A stretch of DNA of 64,000 nucleotides, taken from Isurus oxyrinchus (taxonomy: Eukaryota). Shown piece after piece: positions 28,400-39,599 of the stretch (position 1 is its first letter; each line of letters starts with the position of its first letter). The notes beneath the pieces are model-generated. The model was not told the DNA's origin and did no database searches. It saw only the letters and a list, made by a program, of their open reading frames with translations. The position numbers and the translations under genes are program-made. The stretch spans positions 806,001-870,000 of the forward strand of contig JANJGN010000126.1 of NCBI GenBank assembly GCA_026770705.1. The letters run 5' to 3'.

Positions 28400-29230
28400 A
28401 ACTCATAATTATGCAGCGTCATTTATTTAATTAATCACCTTAAAGAAACTTCCACCATTATAAAATCAAACATGACACTGACCCATATGAACTGATATTG
28501 ATTGAGGTTACCAAAAGCACGGTCAAAGAGGTAGGCTTTAAGGAGTGTCTTAAAAGAAGAAAGCAAGGAGCAGAAGTGGAGAGGGGCAGGGAGCATATTT
28601 CAGAGCCCCAGGGCATAATCCTGTCGAACACTTTTACTCCTTCCCAACCACACTGCAGAAAGTCTGGTCGAGGTAACTGAAGGCATGACCATCGATCTTG
28701 GAGCCGTTCAAAATGGGAACATGCAAAAGGTCAGGATTAAAGGCATCGATATCTTGGAGGGTTTGTGGGGTTGGTGGAGATTCCGGAGATAGCAAAAGGC
28801 TAGGCCATGGAGGGTTTTGAACGCAGAGATGAGAATATATAAATCATACATTACATGGCCAAGTGCATATATAAGTCAGTGAGCACAGGGGTGATAGGTG
28901 CATAGACCTTAAGATGCACGCAGCAAAGTTTTATGTGACCTCGCTTTTACAGTGGGTAGAATGTGGGAGACAGGAGTGTGTTCGGCTTGTCGGTTCTAGA
29001 GATGGCGAAGGCAAGCATCATCATAAGGTGAGGCAGGGGCGAAGGCGAGCAATGTTATGTGGGTGGAAATAGGGAATCTTAGTGACAGGTCAAGAATGAA
29101 GCCGTGTGCACTATTGTACATCAAATGTTACATCAAGGTTGCAAAGATGCTGCCTTAATCTCAGCTTGTTGCCGGGAAAAGGGATGGAGTCAGTACTTAG
29201 AGATAGGATTTTGGAGAAGGGGCTACAATA
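28400..29230 (-). mobile_element. Decayed L2-type LINE 3' region
   Basis: Colinear similarity to 39600-40700, which carries a YADD motif. Confidence 0.5.
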
Positions 29231-29811
29231 AAGTCATTTCGGAGTGAACAAACGTGCCCCCAGAGCAGAATCCTGTAGAACACATTTACTCACTTCCAAC
29301 CACAATGCATATACTGAGATTTCTGTTTGCTCTTTTGTAAAATATCTTAATCGATTTTCTCCCTCTCCTAAATTCTTTCTTTTTCCTTAATCTTTACATA
29401 ATTTCCGCAGTGATAATCTATCAAAACTTCCTGTGAGTGTACACACGTAGCACACTAAATCATTAAGTTTGAGAAATCCATGCAAGATTTTAAAAAAAAC
29501 ATTGAGGTTTTGGCTCCATTAATACGACTCATGCTGAGTGTGCTGATCTTGCATACCACTGGTGGATCAGTCCGTTTATTACATTTAAAACATTATTGTT
29601 TCAGGAGAGATTATTTGAGAGAGAGCTATTCGTTGCATTCACTGCATAAAACTGACAATTAAACGCTTATCTTTATTAATTTAATAGTAATGAATCACCA
29701 AATTGTTCAACATATAAGATTACGATATGCAAAATGGATATCAGCGAATCGCCAAGCCTCCTTCGAAAGCACTTTACAAACACGCCAACTTTACTATTTT
29801 GAAGCGGGGAT

Positions 29812-29892
29812 GGGGGGGGGTGGGGGGGGGGGGGGGGGGGTGGGGGGGGGGGGGAGGGCGGCGGTGTGGGTGGGGGTGGGAGTGTAGGGGGA
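29812..29892. repeat. Poly-G / G-quadruplex-forming tract upstream of the IgNAR promoter
   Basis: Visible directly. Confidence 0.9.
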
Positions 29893-30340
29893 GAATGCAA
29901 CAAGCGCAGGGTAACAGCAGTATTTGAAAGCTCCCCTCTAAGCCACACAACAATCTGACTAGAGACCATATTGCAGTTCCTTCACTGTAGCTGTAACAAT
30001 ATGATATGATTATAATGATCAATTGGAACTCTGCTGTTAACAACACTGTGTATATCTGTACCAGATGGGCTTCAGAATTTCAAGCACCTTCTCAAGCGCA
30101 ATTAGGGAAGGGTAACCAATTACAGCCTTGCCAGCGACGCCCGCCTTCCGTGAAAGAATAATTAAAACAAAGAAAAAAAGTGTGAAAAGCCAATGCGTTA
30201 GTGATAACAAGTTTAACATGTTGACAGTGAAATATATTCTCTGTAACTCTGCCGATCTGCCCTCGTTAATTGGTTGCATGTTTCAGCAATGCAGCTATGG
30301 ATATAGCCATCATAATGTAGCCTATTGCAAACGGCGAGCA

Positions 30341-30415
30341 ATTCGCATTGCTAATGGTCTATCACTCCGCAATATGCAAATTCGCCCAGCTTCTTGAGGT
30401 TTATAAGTTTGACGT
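30341..30415 (+). promoter_or_regulatory. IgNAR V promoter: octamer ATGCAAAT (30374-30381), TATA-like TATAA (30402-30406), imperfect reverse octamer ATTCGCAT (30341-30348), CRE-like TGACGT (30410-30415)
   Basis: Perfect octamer 20 bp upstream of a TATA-like box and about 120 bp upstream of the leader ATG, the classic Ig V-promoter geometry. Confidence 0.75.
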
Positions 30416-30495
30416 TCAGCTACACACCATTACACAAAACAGTCGGTGTTGAGGTCTGGACTTCTGCATAAGTTGTCCTTGCTGGTGAAAAAACA

Positions 30496-30538
30496 ATGAA
30501 TATTTTCTGGGTTTCCCTCTTTATAACTTGGTTATCAA
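30496..30538 (+). CDS. IgNAR: IgNAR leader exon (MNIFWVSLFITWLS, phase 1)
   Basis: ATG at 30496, hydrophobic signal peptide with the NAR-type MNIF start, donor GTAAGT at 30539. Confidence 0.93.
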
Positions 30539-30678
30539 GTAAGTGCGTTTCATTTATGAGAATATATGATGAATGGGCAAAAGCGTGCGTCTTTACCTAC
30601 ATTGTGTAATTTGCCTTGCCTTTACATTATTTCATTCTTTCAGACCCGCATGGTGTTTAATTTATCTTCTCCATTCAG

Positions 30679-30956
30679 GTGCCTTCAGTGCAATAGTGGT
30701 CCAAACACCAAGAACGGCAACGAAAGAGGCGGGGGAATCCCTGACAATCAACTGCATCTTAACTGATAATATCTGTGCTTTGCACTCCACATCATGGTTC
30801 CGGAAAAGCCCGGGAACAACAGATTGGGAACGCATAACGATTGGCGGCCGATATGTTGAATCAGTCAACTGGGGAAGCAAATCCTTTTCCCTGCGAATCA
30901 ATGACCTGACAGTAGAAGACAGCATCACATATTACTGCAAAGCTCAAGAAAAAGAA
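30679..30956 (+). CDS. IgNAR: VNAR variable segment (end of leader SAFS + AIVVQTP...YYCKAQEKE), type II-like (Cys29 in CDR1)
   Basis: Acceptor ttctccattcag ending 30678. Motifs [19 protein letters not shown]36, [23 protein letters not shown] and YYCKA; short CDR2-deleted domain; followed directly by an RSS. Confidence 0.97.
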
Positions 30957-30994
30957 CACAGTAATAAGTCTGAGCTTCCGCTCATACAGAAACA
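30957..30994 (+). other. V 3' RSS (CACAGTA-22 bp-ACAGAAACA)
   Basis: Heptamer 30957-30963 and nonamer 30986-30994, counted directly. Confidence 0.92.
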
Positions 30995-31192
30995 GCTTCA
31001 AAGCTTCAGGGGAATGAAATACGAATTGTTTCACCCTTTTCGCTGAAACGTTTGCTCCGCAGCCATGGTTTCCCATCTGAAATGGGGGAAGATTTGCAAA
31101 TAACTGGTGACAGTTTCGGAAGCAGAAATCCCAGCATTGAACACGTGGATGTGCAGTGCCACTGATCAATTTGCAGTCAAGTGGGCAAAGCT

Positions 31193-31275
31193 GTTTTTTG
31201 CTTTGAGCTGTACCACTGTGCACATACTATGGCAACCACAGCAATCGAGAAGACGTTTCCTGTAATACAGAAACT
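31193..31275 (+). other. IgNAR: D1 segment CACATACTATGGCAAC (31221-31236) with 5' 12-RSS and 3' 23-RSS
   Basis: GTTTTTTGC-12-CACTGTG | D | CACAGCA-23-ACAGAAACT. Frames HILWQ / TYYGN / HTMA. Confidence 0.92.
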
Positions 31276-31473
31276 ATCAGCACAGGTTTTTTTTAATATT
31301 GGAGCAACCTCCCTATTTCCCAGTCGGTTTAGCAGGGAGTTATTAGTTACTCGGTGCTTTGGAGGGGTAATAGACTCAGTTATAAGAAAACACTGAAGAA
31401 GAAGAAAAATTGATGTGGACACAGATTGTGGTTTACGTCTAGAACTGAGAGTCTAGTATTGCTGCACATGCGA

Positions 31474-31550
31474 CCTTTTTGCACGGATCTTTATGACTGT
31501 GTGGCAATGTGACACAGCAATGAACCTTGAATTCCTATTATACATAAAGG
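31474..31550 (+). other. IgNAR: D2 segment TGGCAATGTGA (31502-31512) with 5' 12-RSS and 3' 22-RSS
   Basis: CCTTTTTGC-12-GACTGTG | D | CACAGCA-22-ACATAAAGG. Frames WQC / GNV / AM-stop. Confidence 0.88.
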
Positions 31551-31865
31551 TCGCCACATCTCTTAAGACATAGCCAACAATTGCTACTTCCTGAGTGGGT
31601 AAGATCGCTTGTGGTTATATATTTATTGTCTTCGTCAGACACTATTTGATAATTGAAAGGTGTTTCCCTTTTCATTTAGGTGATTATTTTATAAATGCTA
31701 TAATCATCTGCATAACAGAGCACAGAAGTTCCTCCGGGATTTGATCGAGTGGTTCAGAATTATAGACTTCTGCTGGGATTACAAACTAAAGGTAACGATT
31801 TCCTGCATTCTTTAATCAGGATCTTGGAATAACTGACGGATTTTCTGTGAAGTTTTGAACAATGG

Positions 31866-31933
31866 AGTTATTGTGCTTGTGTGAAGTGGTGTGTGCCTGC
31901 AATGCCACAGTGCCTCGGGCCATAGCAAAAACT
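31866..31933 (+). other. IgNAR: D3 segment TGCCTGCAATGC (31894-31905) with 12-RSS on both sides
   Basis: AGTTATTGT-12-TGGTGTG (degenerate heptamer) | D | CACAGTG-12-GCAAAAACT (near consensus). Frames CLQC / ACN / PAM. Confidence 0.85.
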
Positions 31934-32237
31934 CCCCAGCAGTTATTTATTTTACTACTCGGGAATGTGGCAGAATAATTGCTTTTTCCCCCTTTATTTT
32001 TACTGCAAAGATGTTGGAATTAATTTATCACCGAATTTTGTTTGGAATCTATCTGCATTCCCACTAATATTGAATGTTTTTCTCAGTGTTACAGTAATTC
32101 TCATTGAGCATAGTAAATTCCAGCATGGATAGAAGCTGGCCAAATCTAAAGATACATTAATGAAATCAAAATAACCAAAGTATCCTTGGATCGGTGTTGC
32201 TTTACGATGGTTCTTATCATTTTGTTTCTTCACTGAC

Positions 32238-32276
32238 ACTTTTTGAACTAGGCTGACTGGGAGCTGGCTGACTGTG
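32238..32276 (+). other. J 5' 23-RSS (ACTTTTTGA-23-GACTGTG)
   Basis: Nonamer 32238-32246, heptamer 32270-32276. Confidence 0.9.
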
Positions 32277-32332
32277 TGGGCATGGTGGCAAATATTTTGA
32301 TGGCCCTGGAAGCACGCTGACAGTGACCTCTG
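32277..32332 (+). CDS. IgNAR: IgNAR J segment (GHGGKYFDGPGSTLTVTS)
   Basis: NAR-type DGxG..LTV motif, preceded by a 23-RSS and followed by phase-1 donor GTAAGT. Confidence 0.94.
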
Positions 32333-34924
32333 GTAAGTGAAATTTCTTGTTACCTTGCCACTAAGATTTTGTACATAGAGAATAAAAGAATCAATGTTCG
32401 CTTTAAAATTGCCCGAATCACAGTCGTGACAGTCGTAGTTTTTTTCCAGGGCTCGATTACATTAGCTATCTGATAATTTTGCTCGAATTTGGACCGTCTT
32501 TCTTACAAAGAATATTTTGTCCAAGAATACAATGAAACTGGGTTTACATCCATAACTTAGCTGTCACCGAAGAGGCAAGATGTTCTTTTAGAAACATGAT
32601 TGTTTGAAGAGTTAAAATGGAATCAGCCATGCAAATTTCCTCCTTACTGACCTGTTTCCTTATCATGAAGATAGACATTAATTTTGATTCGAAAAAGATG
32701 ATGTAGTTTTGCAGTGAGGAAAGATTTCTGCAAACGCCTAATGAATTTAACGGATTTCATAAAAAACTGCTTCCAAAGTTCGTGTCCTCCACAAACATTT
32801 ATTACTATTTATAACAAGTAGAGTTACATTAATATCGGATTAGGCCCTGAAAATATGATATCCTTTCGAAACTGCAGATTTGTGACTTTGGATTAAAGGG
32901 CACAAGTCAGTGAACTAGAATGTGACAGAATCAGCATAATATTGATCTACTTCTGTCGTGTCAAACGTGAGCCAGAGATTCAGAAAACTGTTTCACAATC
33001 GTCAGTTTGTTTTTTTTTTCTATTGACTTCAAATACAATGTTAACGTTTATCATTTCAAACCAAGTAAAAACTACAATGAAACCAGTAGAGATTACAAAA
33101 AAGTGATTGAAATATTGTTCTGTGAAGCTCAGTGAAAAGTAGATCATTCATGATGAAACACCGTCTCAGGATTCACTACCAGCTGGAATTCCACTGCTAA
33201 CTTTGGCGAATTCCACCCACTAGATTCTAATTCTGTCAGAAACATGTTTACATGGATGCCAATCTCCTCAACCCATATTTCAGCAAATAAGGGTGCTCTG
33301 ATTGTTTCATTTGGCTGAACATCAGAGAACTTTGAAACTACATTGTTATAATGTAGTTATAATGTTCAAAATAGGTTCAGTTTGAGATTCGAAATATTCA
33401 AATGAAGCAAACGGTATTTCTATACTTAAAGCTTTCTGGAGAAAAGTGAAATATTTTCTCAAACTTTATATGTTACACCGTCAGTTGCCTTACGATTTTT
33501 AAAGAAGCAATTAGATAATTTGAAGACTGAGGGCTAGAAACCCGTCTCGGGTAGCATGGCAAAGAGGGCGGCATGGTCACGGCCGCCCGGTTTTGACAGA
33601 GTGTGACGTTATGTTCCACTGATTACAATGATCTGAATATCAGACGCTGCATGGAACAGCCTGCTGATCCGATTCTGTTCGTTTTGCGCCTTCAGCACAT
33701 AGCAATCATTAGCCCAATAACATCGAAAGAGATCGGTGAGATGCAGGTTGGACAAGAAACATTCCTGAGGTGGAGTGTTCCACTGCAGAGACGGAGCAGT
33801 CAATTATCGAAAGGAGAAATGCTATGAGGCAGCAAGAAAATGAACGGCAGTAACTAGCATTGGTTCCATTACATGCCATCATACGGGTATACGGGTTGTT
33901 TCACCGTAGCATTCCCTCTCTCTACCAGTGATACTCTCCAATTTATTCCCTGATATGTTACAGGACCAAAAGCTTAGTCTATCCGTGTCATTGTTCTAGA
34001 CATTAATTTATTTACATAAACGCAAACTTTTTGTAGAATAGTTTAATGAGGAAAATTGGGCGTTAAACATCGTTCCTTGAAATTGATGAAGGAGATTTTG
34101 CGGTCTAAAATCATTCCTTGCCTTTTGTAACTGAAATCAGCGATTAAGGCATTGGCTTTAATATATCCTTCAATGATAATGCATTCCCACTATCATAGGG
34201 AAATCATTTTATAGTCTTTCAATTCGATAAAGGATTGTGAACTTAATACATGTATTGACGATCATTTTCCAGCTGATTAATTTGTTTAACTCGACATCCT
34301 GATTTCATTATTTCCTCTTTTTTTAAAAAATACACCATTTTTTTCACCCAGTTTTTCATCAACTGCAATTGTTAATGCCTTTTATTTTTCCGTGAATTTT
34401 CAATTTTTTCTGCTGACACAATGTTCTACTCTCATGCACAAACCTTGCCAAGCTTTTTCAACGTTATTTTCCCGGCGTATTTGAAGAATATTTGGCGGCT
34501 TGCACATTTCACGCTGACACAGTGGTAATTTTATCCTATCTGATGAGGCCAGAAGAACAATTAGCATTAACTGACCTACTCCTTTATCTTTATCACTGTT
34601 CAACTAAATATCTTGCATTGTAAACACTCCGTGTCTCTCGCATAGCTTCAGTTCCCTAAGATGTTTTGAAAGTTTCATGTTACAGCATCTGCTCTTTGTT
34701 ATCAATGCTCTAGGCGATGAGCCATCGATCACTGCTTGCACCTTTTCGTTTTGTTTTCAATTTCAATCTACAATTATCATAATAGAACTGTTCCACCTTT
34801 CGCCTTTAACCTCCATTAACGTTTTTTTTAAAGTTAAGACTAAGACCGTTTTTATCACATTTTATTCAGTTGCCTGGAGTAAATCCTATTTTTCATCTAT
34901 TTTCTAAATGTACACAATTACCTT

Positions 34925-35265
34925 GGGCAAAGTCCCCCCCTCGCCCCCACCCCACCCCCTTGCGGGTGGTAGAGGGGACGGGGGGTGGGGATTGCGGGGG
35001 CGGACCTGGGCAGGCGGCCTTCCGATAGGTGGCCCATGGGGGGCGCGCGGCTATTTTTAGTCGAGAGGCCAATTAAGGCCTAAAGGTTGTACGGGCTGGC
35101 CCGCTAATGAGCTTAATTGCCTTTTGAATGGCTTCAATCGGCCGTTGACAAGTCGGCAGGCGCACAGCTGAATCGGGTGCACCCCCGCCTACCTGAAAAT
35201 ATAAATTACACGGGATGACGTCGGGAATAACCTGGTATGTTCGCTGCCAGAGTATTTTCATGCTC
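34925..35265 (-). mobile_element. GC-rich MITE-like repeat (putative non-autonomous DNA transposon)
   Basis: Its reverse complement aligns with 36190-36370. Confidence 0.55.
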
Positions 35266-36139
35266 TCTGCTCGCTGTTCTTATTAGTTTCTTCAGTCTCC
35301 CTCTGCTCCTCATATTGCTGTAAAATGGTTCAGAAAGAACTAACATAGAAAGAAAAATCTAGCCATAGAACAGTCCTTTTTGAAATGCTAATTAACGTAA
35401 ACTATCAAAATTAAGGCAGAAATGTGTGGAAAATTATCTTTAGAAAATGAGAAAGAAGTTTTAAAATTGCGAAACCTTTTTCAATTAACCTGACACAGGC
35501 TGATTGGATTCAAAAATTGATAGATAAAACGGTAAAAGTGTAAAGGAAGACCTTCAAAGAGGATATTGTTTGGGTACGGGGTGGACACATCTCCATGAAA
35601 TGAAAAGAAAGAGCATCAAGCTAGATTTCCATGAATGGCCAAAAACAGGCATTACTATCATGAATAGCGAATGGGAGCAAGTGTGGAAAACGTTAAATCT
35701 CCTTAGAGATGAGAGTGTTCCCGGAAGAGGAGATGTTCCAAATTGTTGAAGTGGGGATCACAAAGCGGGAAATGATAAACGCAAGGAACACAGCCAGTCA
35801 GCCCAGCATTGGAAAATGGGATATTTGTGTTGACGATATTATGGACAAAATTAGTTGGTCCCGAGAAACTAAAGGTCAATAATTACCAGCAAGCAGAGAT
35901 TGTAAAGAAAAATAATGTTTAACTATATTGGTCGATTTCTTTGATGGACTAATGGAGATGCTTGTTGATCTCAGTAGAGATGATGTGCTGAAATTGTCCT
36001 CTCAAATATTGTTTTTTTTTTTGCTGTCCCGTCAGGATGGGGACGGGGTCGGAAAATCCGGCGAGCCATTATAAACTCCATTGGCTTCAGCGGGAACGTA
36101 AAATTCTGCTGCGCTGTGTGCTAACGTGCCAAAATTAAA

Positions 36140-36700
36140 GGCCAGGATTTCAGGGTCGGCGAGAGGGGGCGGAGCCCGCTCGCCGAAGTGTAAAATAATG
36201 CGGGATGATGTCGGGCGGAACTCTCAATGTCACCCCGCCTCATTTCAATTTTCAGGACGGCAGGGGCGCAGCCGAATCTGCTGGGTGCCTGCCGAGCTGG
36301 CAATGGCCAATTGAGGCCATTGCCAAAGTGCTTCACCTAATCAATGGACATACCCGTCCAACATTAAGGGTGGCTGGCAGGGCGAGAGCCCTGGCAGGCT
36401 GCAGAGAAAGCATGAAATCTCATCCACAGGCGGGATGATGTTTCATGCCGGTTTTTAAAATTTTAATAAAAGTGAAACTGAAAGTGATGGACATGTCCAG
36501 CTTATGTGGCAGTGTCAAATGAGGGCAGATATCAGGGAATCCTTTTTTTCTATTTTTAACATTTTTTAATGTGGCGCCGATCTCTCTGAGGCAGCACTTA
36601 GCCTCAGGGAGATGAGTGCTCTCTTTCCCTCCCATGCAAAAGAGCGCACTCTCGGCTCAGGAAATCCCTGCATGCACACTGAAATTTGAGGGTGGCGGGC
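36140..36700 (+). mobile_element. GC-rich MITE-like repeat, same family as 34925-35265
   Basis: Shared block ttttcagg..gggg.gca.ccga.tc.gctg.g.gcctgccga..caa.ggcc.attga.gccatt. Confidence 0.55.
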
Positions 36701-36949
36701 AATCTGAGACGTTTCGTAAAGCATCCGAGGTCCCTGGGTTTATTATCAAGACATAAATTACTGAAGTAAGGAGTTTATACTAAACTAAAAAATCGCTGGT
36801 TAGGACCCAGCTGTAATAATGTGCCTACATTTGTGAACTGAAGTTCAACTCTTAGAAAGAGTGTAGAGCAAATAAACAATAATAGTACATGTGACAGGGC
36901 CTTGCTTACGAAGAAAGTTTGGAAGAACTGGAATGGTTTTCATTAGCCC

Positions 36950-37610
36950 TTGCGAACATATGAGTTTGTAGTTTGCTGTTTGGCCCATCGAGCCTGCTCC
37001 GCCATTTGTTAAGGTCATGGCTAATCTGACAGTGACCTCAACTTTATTTTGTTGTCTACCACCCTGTGACTCCCTTGTCGATCATGGATCTATCTAACTG
37101 AGCCTGAAAGATGTTTATTGACCATGCTTCCACTGCTCGCTGTGGAAGAAAGTTCCACAAGCTGACGATTCTTTGAGGGCAGAAACGATCCCATTGTCAA
37201 CATCTTAAATTGGAGATCCCTTGTTTTTAAACTATGCCCCTTATTTCTACTCTCCCCCTTTTGAGGAGACATCCTTTGAGCATCAGCCCTTTCAAGTACC
37301 CTTTGGATCGTTTATATTTCAATCAGATTATCTTTAATCTTCTAAACTCGCTTAGGTGCATGTCCAACCTCCCCAACCTTTCCTCATAATGTAACCCCTT
37401 CATCCCAGGAATAAGTCGAGTGAATCTTCTCTGAACTGCCTCTAAAGAACTTACATAGTTTCTTAAGTAAGGAGGCCAGCATTTTACCCAGTACTTCAGA
37501 TGTGGTCCTAGCAGCCACTGTACAACTGTACTGAAACTCCCCTAATATACCATTCTCCTTGCAATAGACGACAACATTCCATTTGCCCTCCTACTCGCTT
37601 GCTGTGCTGC
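36950..37610 (-). mobile_element. CR1 LINE 3' end (family B), inserted within an older + strand CR1 remnant
   Basis: ggcccatcgagcctgctccgccatt is the reverse complement of the CR1 3' UTR seen at about 56350. Confidence 0.75.
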
Positions 37611-39199
37611 AAATTAATTTTGCTTTGCGAAAAAAGCATGGTAACCAATAATGAATGTTAAAACCAAGAACAGTTTTGATAGAGTAAGTGAGGAGAAAGT
37701 GGTCTCGTAAGCCTGGCGGAAGTAGTAGCAATTTTCAAAGGACAATTGCATAAAAATGTAAAAGGGGGACATTTCATAGCTGTGGGGAAAAGCAGGCATC
37801 GGGAATAATTAGATACTTCTTTCAAACTGCCGATAAAAGGAACAATAACAAAATGGCCGACTTCTGCACTTCATCATTTTATGCTTCTCAGGCCGTAACT
37901 GGTAGAGCGATCGAAGTTGGAAATGCACCAAAGACCAGGACTGGGGAGGGAGTAAGATCCTGGAGTGTTTTGAAACTGGATGAAGTTCCAGAGATAGACA
38001 GGAATCAGACAGTGCGGCTATTTGACTACAAGGATGATTGATTGATTTCTTAATGTGTGTGTGTGTATGTTTGTCGATGAATGAATGTATGTATGTATGT
38101 TTTAATTCCAATTGTTTCCGTATTGGGAGCAACGGTTTGTGTAATGGATTTGATGCGATTTAGTGCCTGGGTAGCAGAGCTGTGGATCAGTTCAACTTTA
38201 CAGATGTTGTCATGTGGAAGGTCGACGAGGAGAATGTTTGAATAGTCGAGGCTACAGGTAAAAACGGCATCTTCACAGGAGATGAGGTGCAGCAGGGCAG
38301 GGTGCAGGAGACGTTACAGAGGATGAAGTACTCCAGCACGGAAGTGCAGAGAATATGCGGTTGAAGCTCACCTCAGGTTAAATGTAATTCCAAGGTTGTG
38401 ATCAGTCGAGTTCTACCTCAGACATTGGCAGAATGGACTGGGAAGGGATAAAAAGATATAATTTAGGATCTTTTCAGCAGAGCAAAATAAAAGATGCAGC
38501 AGAATTTTAAAGCTCCTCTGAGGGGAAATGGTTGGAAACATACTTGTATTTAGTAGTAAAATTAACCTTTCGAAAATCAATGAAAATTTTTGTGGTATAC
38601 TATATTTTGTAAAGAGTTGTTTGGACGCAGAACGACATGGATTAAGCAGTGAAATTACCAGAAACACTGAATAGATTTTGTTTTGGAAGGAGGCAGGAAA
38701 GCATTCGAAAACAAAATATGGGGAAAAACACAGGGATAGAGGAATGAAGGATGATATTTTTGTTGCGCCGATCGCTGATGCAAGCTGGACTATGTCAGAA
38801 ACTCAAGATTTCCCACCCCGGATGCTCCAGCCTCTTTGGTAACCCACAATCAACGGTCGGAACTGGTCAAGTGTTCAGAATGTGCTCACAATCCCGTCCT
38901 CGAAAAGCATGAGTGGACTTTGAACTCGGCAGTGTCTACCTTTTGCTCTTTCAAAGAGTCAACAGTGGCGCTGTGTACTGATTAGTTCTCCTGTGTTCAA
39001 AATGGAGTGATTATATCTGTCCCTCAATTACAATTGCCCAAACTATTTGATGTCTCTGCTGCGTTTTGCATAAACACTTTATTGCACCTTCCTAAGCAGC
39101 CAAAGGTCCCGTTATTTAAGAAAGGTCTGTTCGAAAATATTCTCAAATAAAGCGACAAAAGTCTTGTGCTCGCATTTATATCTACTAAATTATGAACTG

Positions 39200-39555
39200 G
39201 AATATAAGGTGTATGATGAACGATTGTTTCCACTGGTTGGGAAATCTAAAACACAGAGGTGCAGTCTCTGGATAAGGGACCAATCATTTAGGAATGCGTT
39301 GAGGAGAAATTCCTTCCCTCAAAGGGTTGTGAACTTTCAGAAATTCTCTACCCCAGAATGTTGTAGATGCTTCAGCATTGAATACATCTAAGGCTGGAAT
39401 AGACAGATGTTTGGTCTCTAAGAGAATTGAGCAATATAGGGAACGGGCGGGGAATGGGGTTGAAGCCCATAATCAGCCATGGCCTCATTGGATGGCAGAG
39501 AATGTTCGAAGAGCCGAGTTTCTACTCCTGCTCCGACTTATTGTTCTCTTGTGCC
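39200..39555 (+). mobile_element. CR1 LINE 3' end
   Basis: RLFPLVGKSKTQRCSL...FRNALRRNSFPQRVVN. Confidence 0.8.
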
Positions 39556-39599
39556 CTTACATTCTTCTAAGCAGGAAAGTTAAAATATATTATTGGTAA

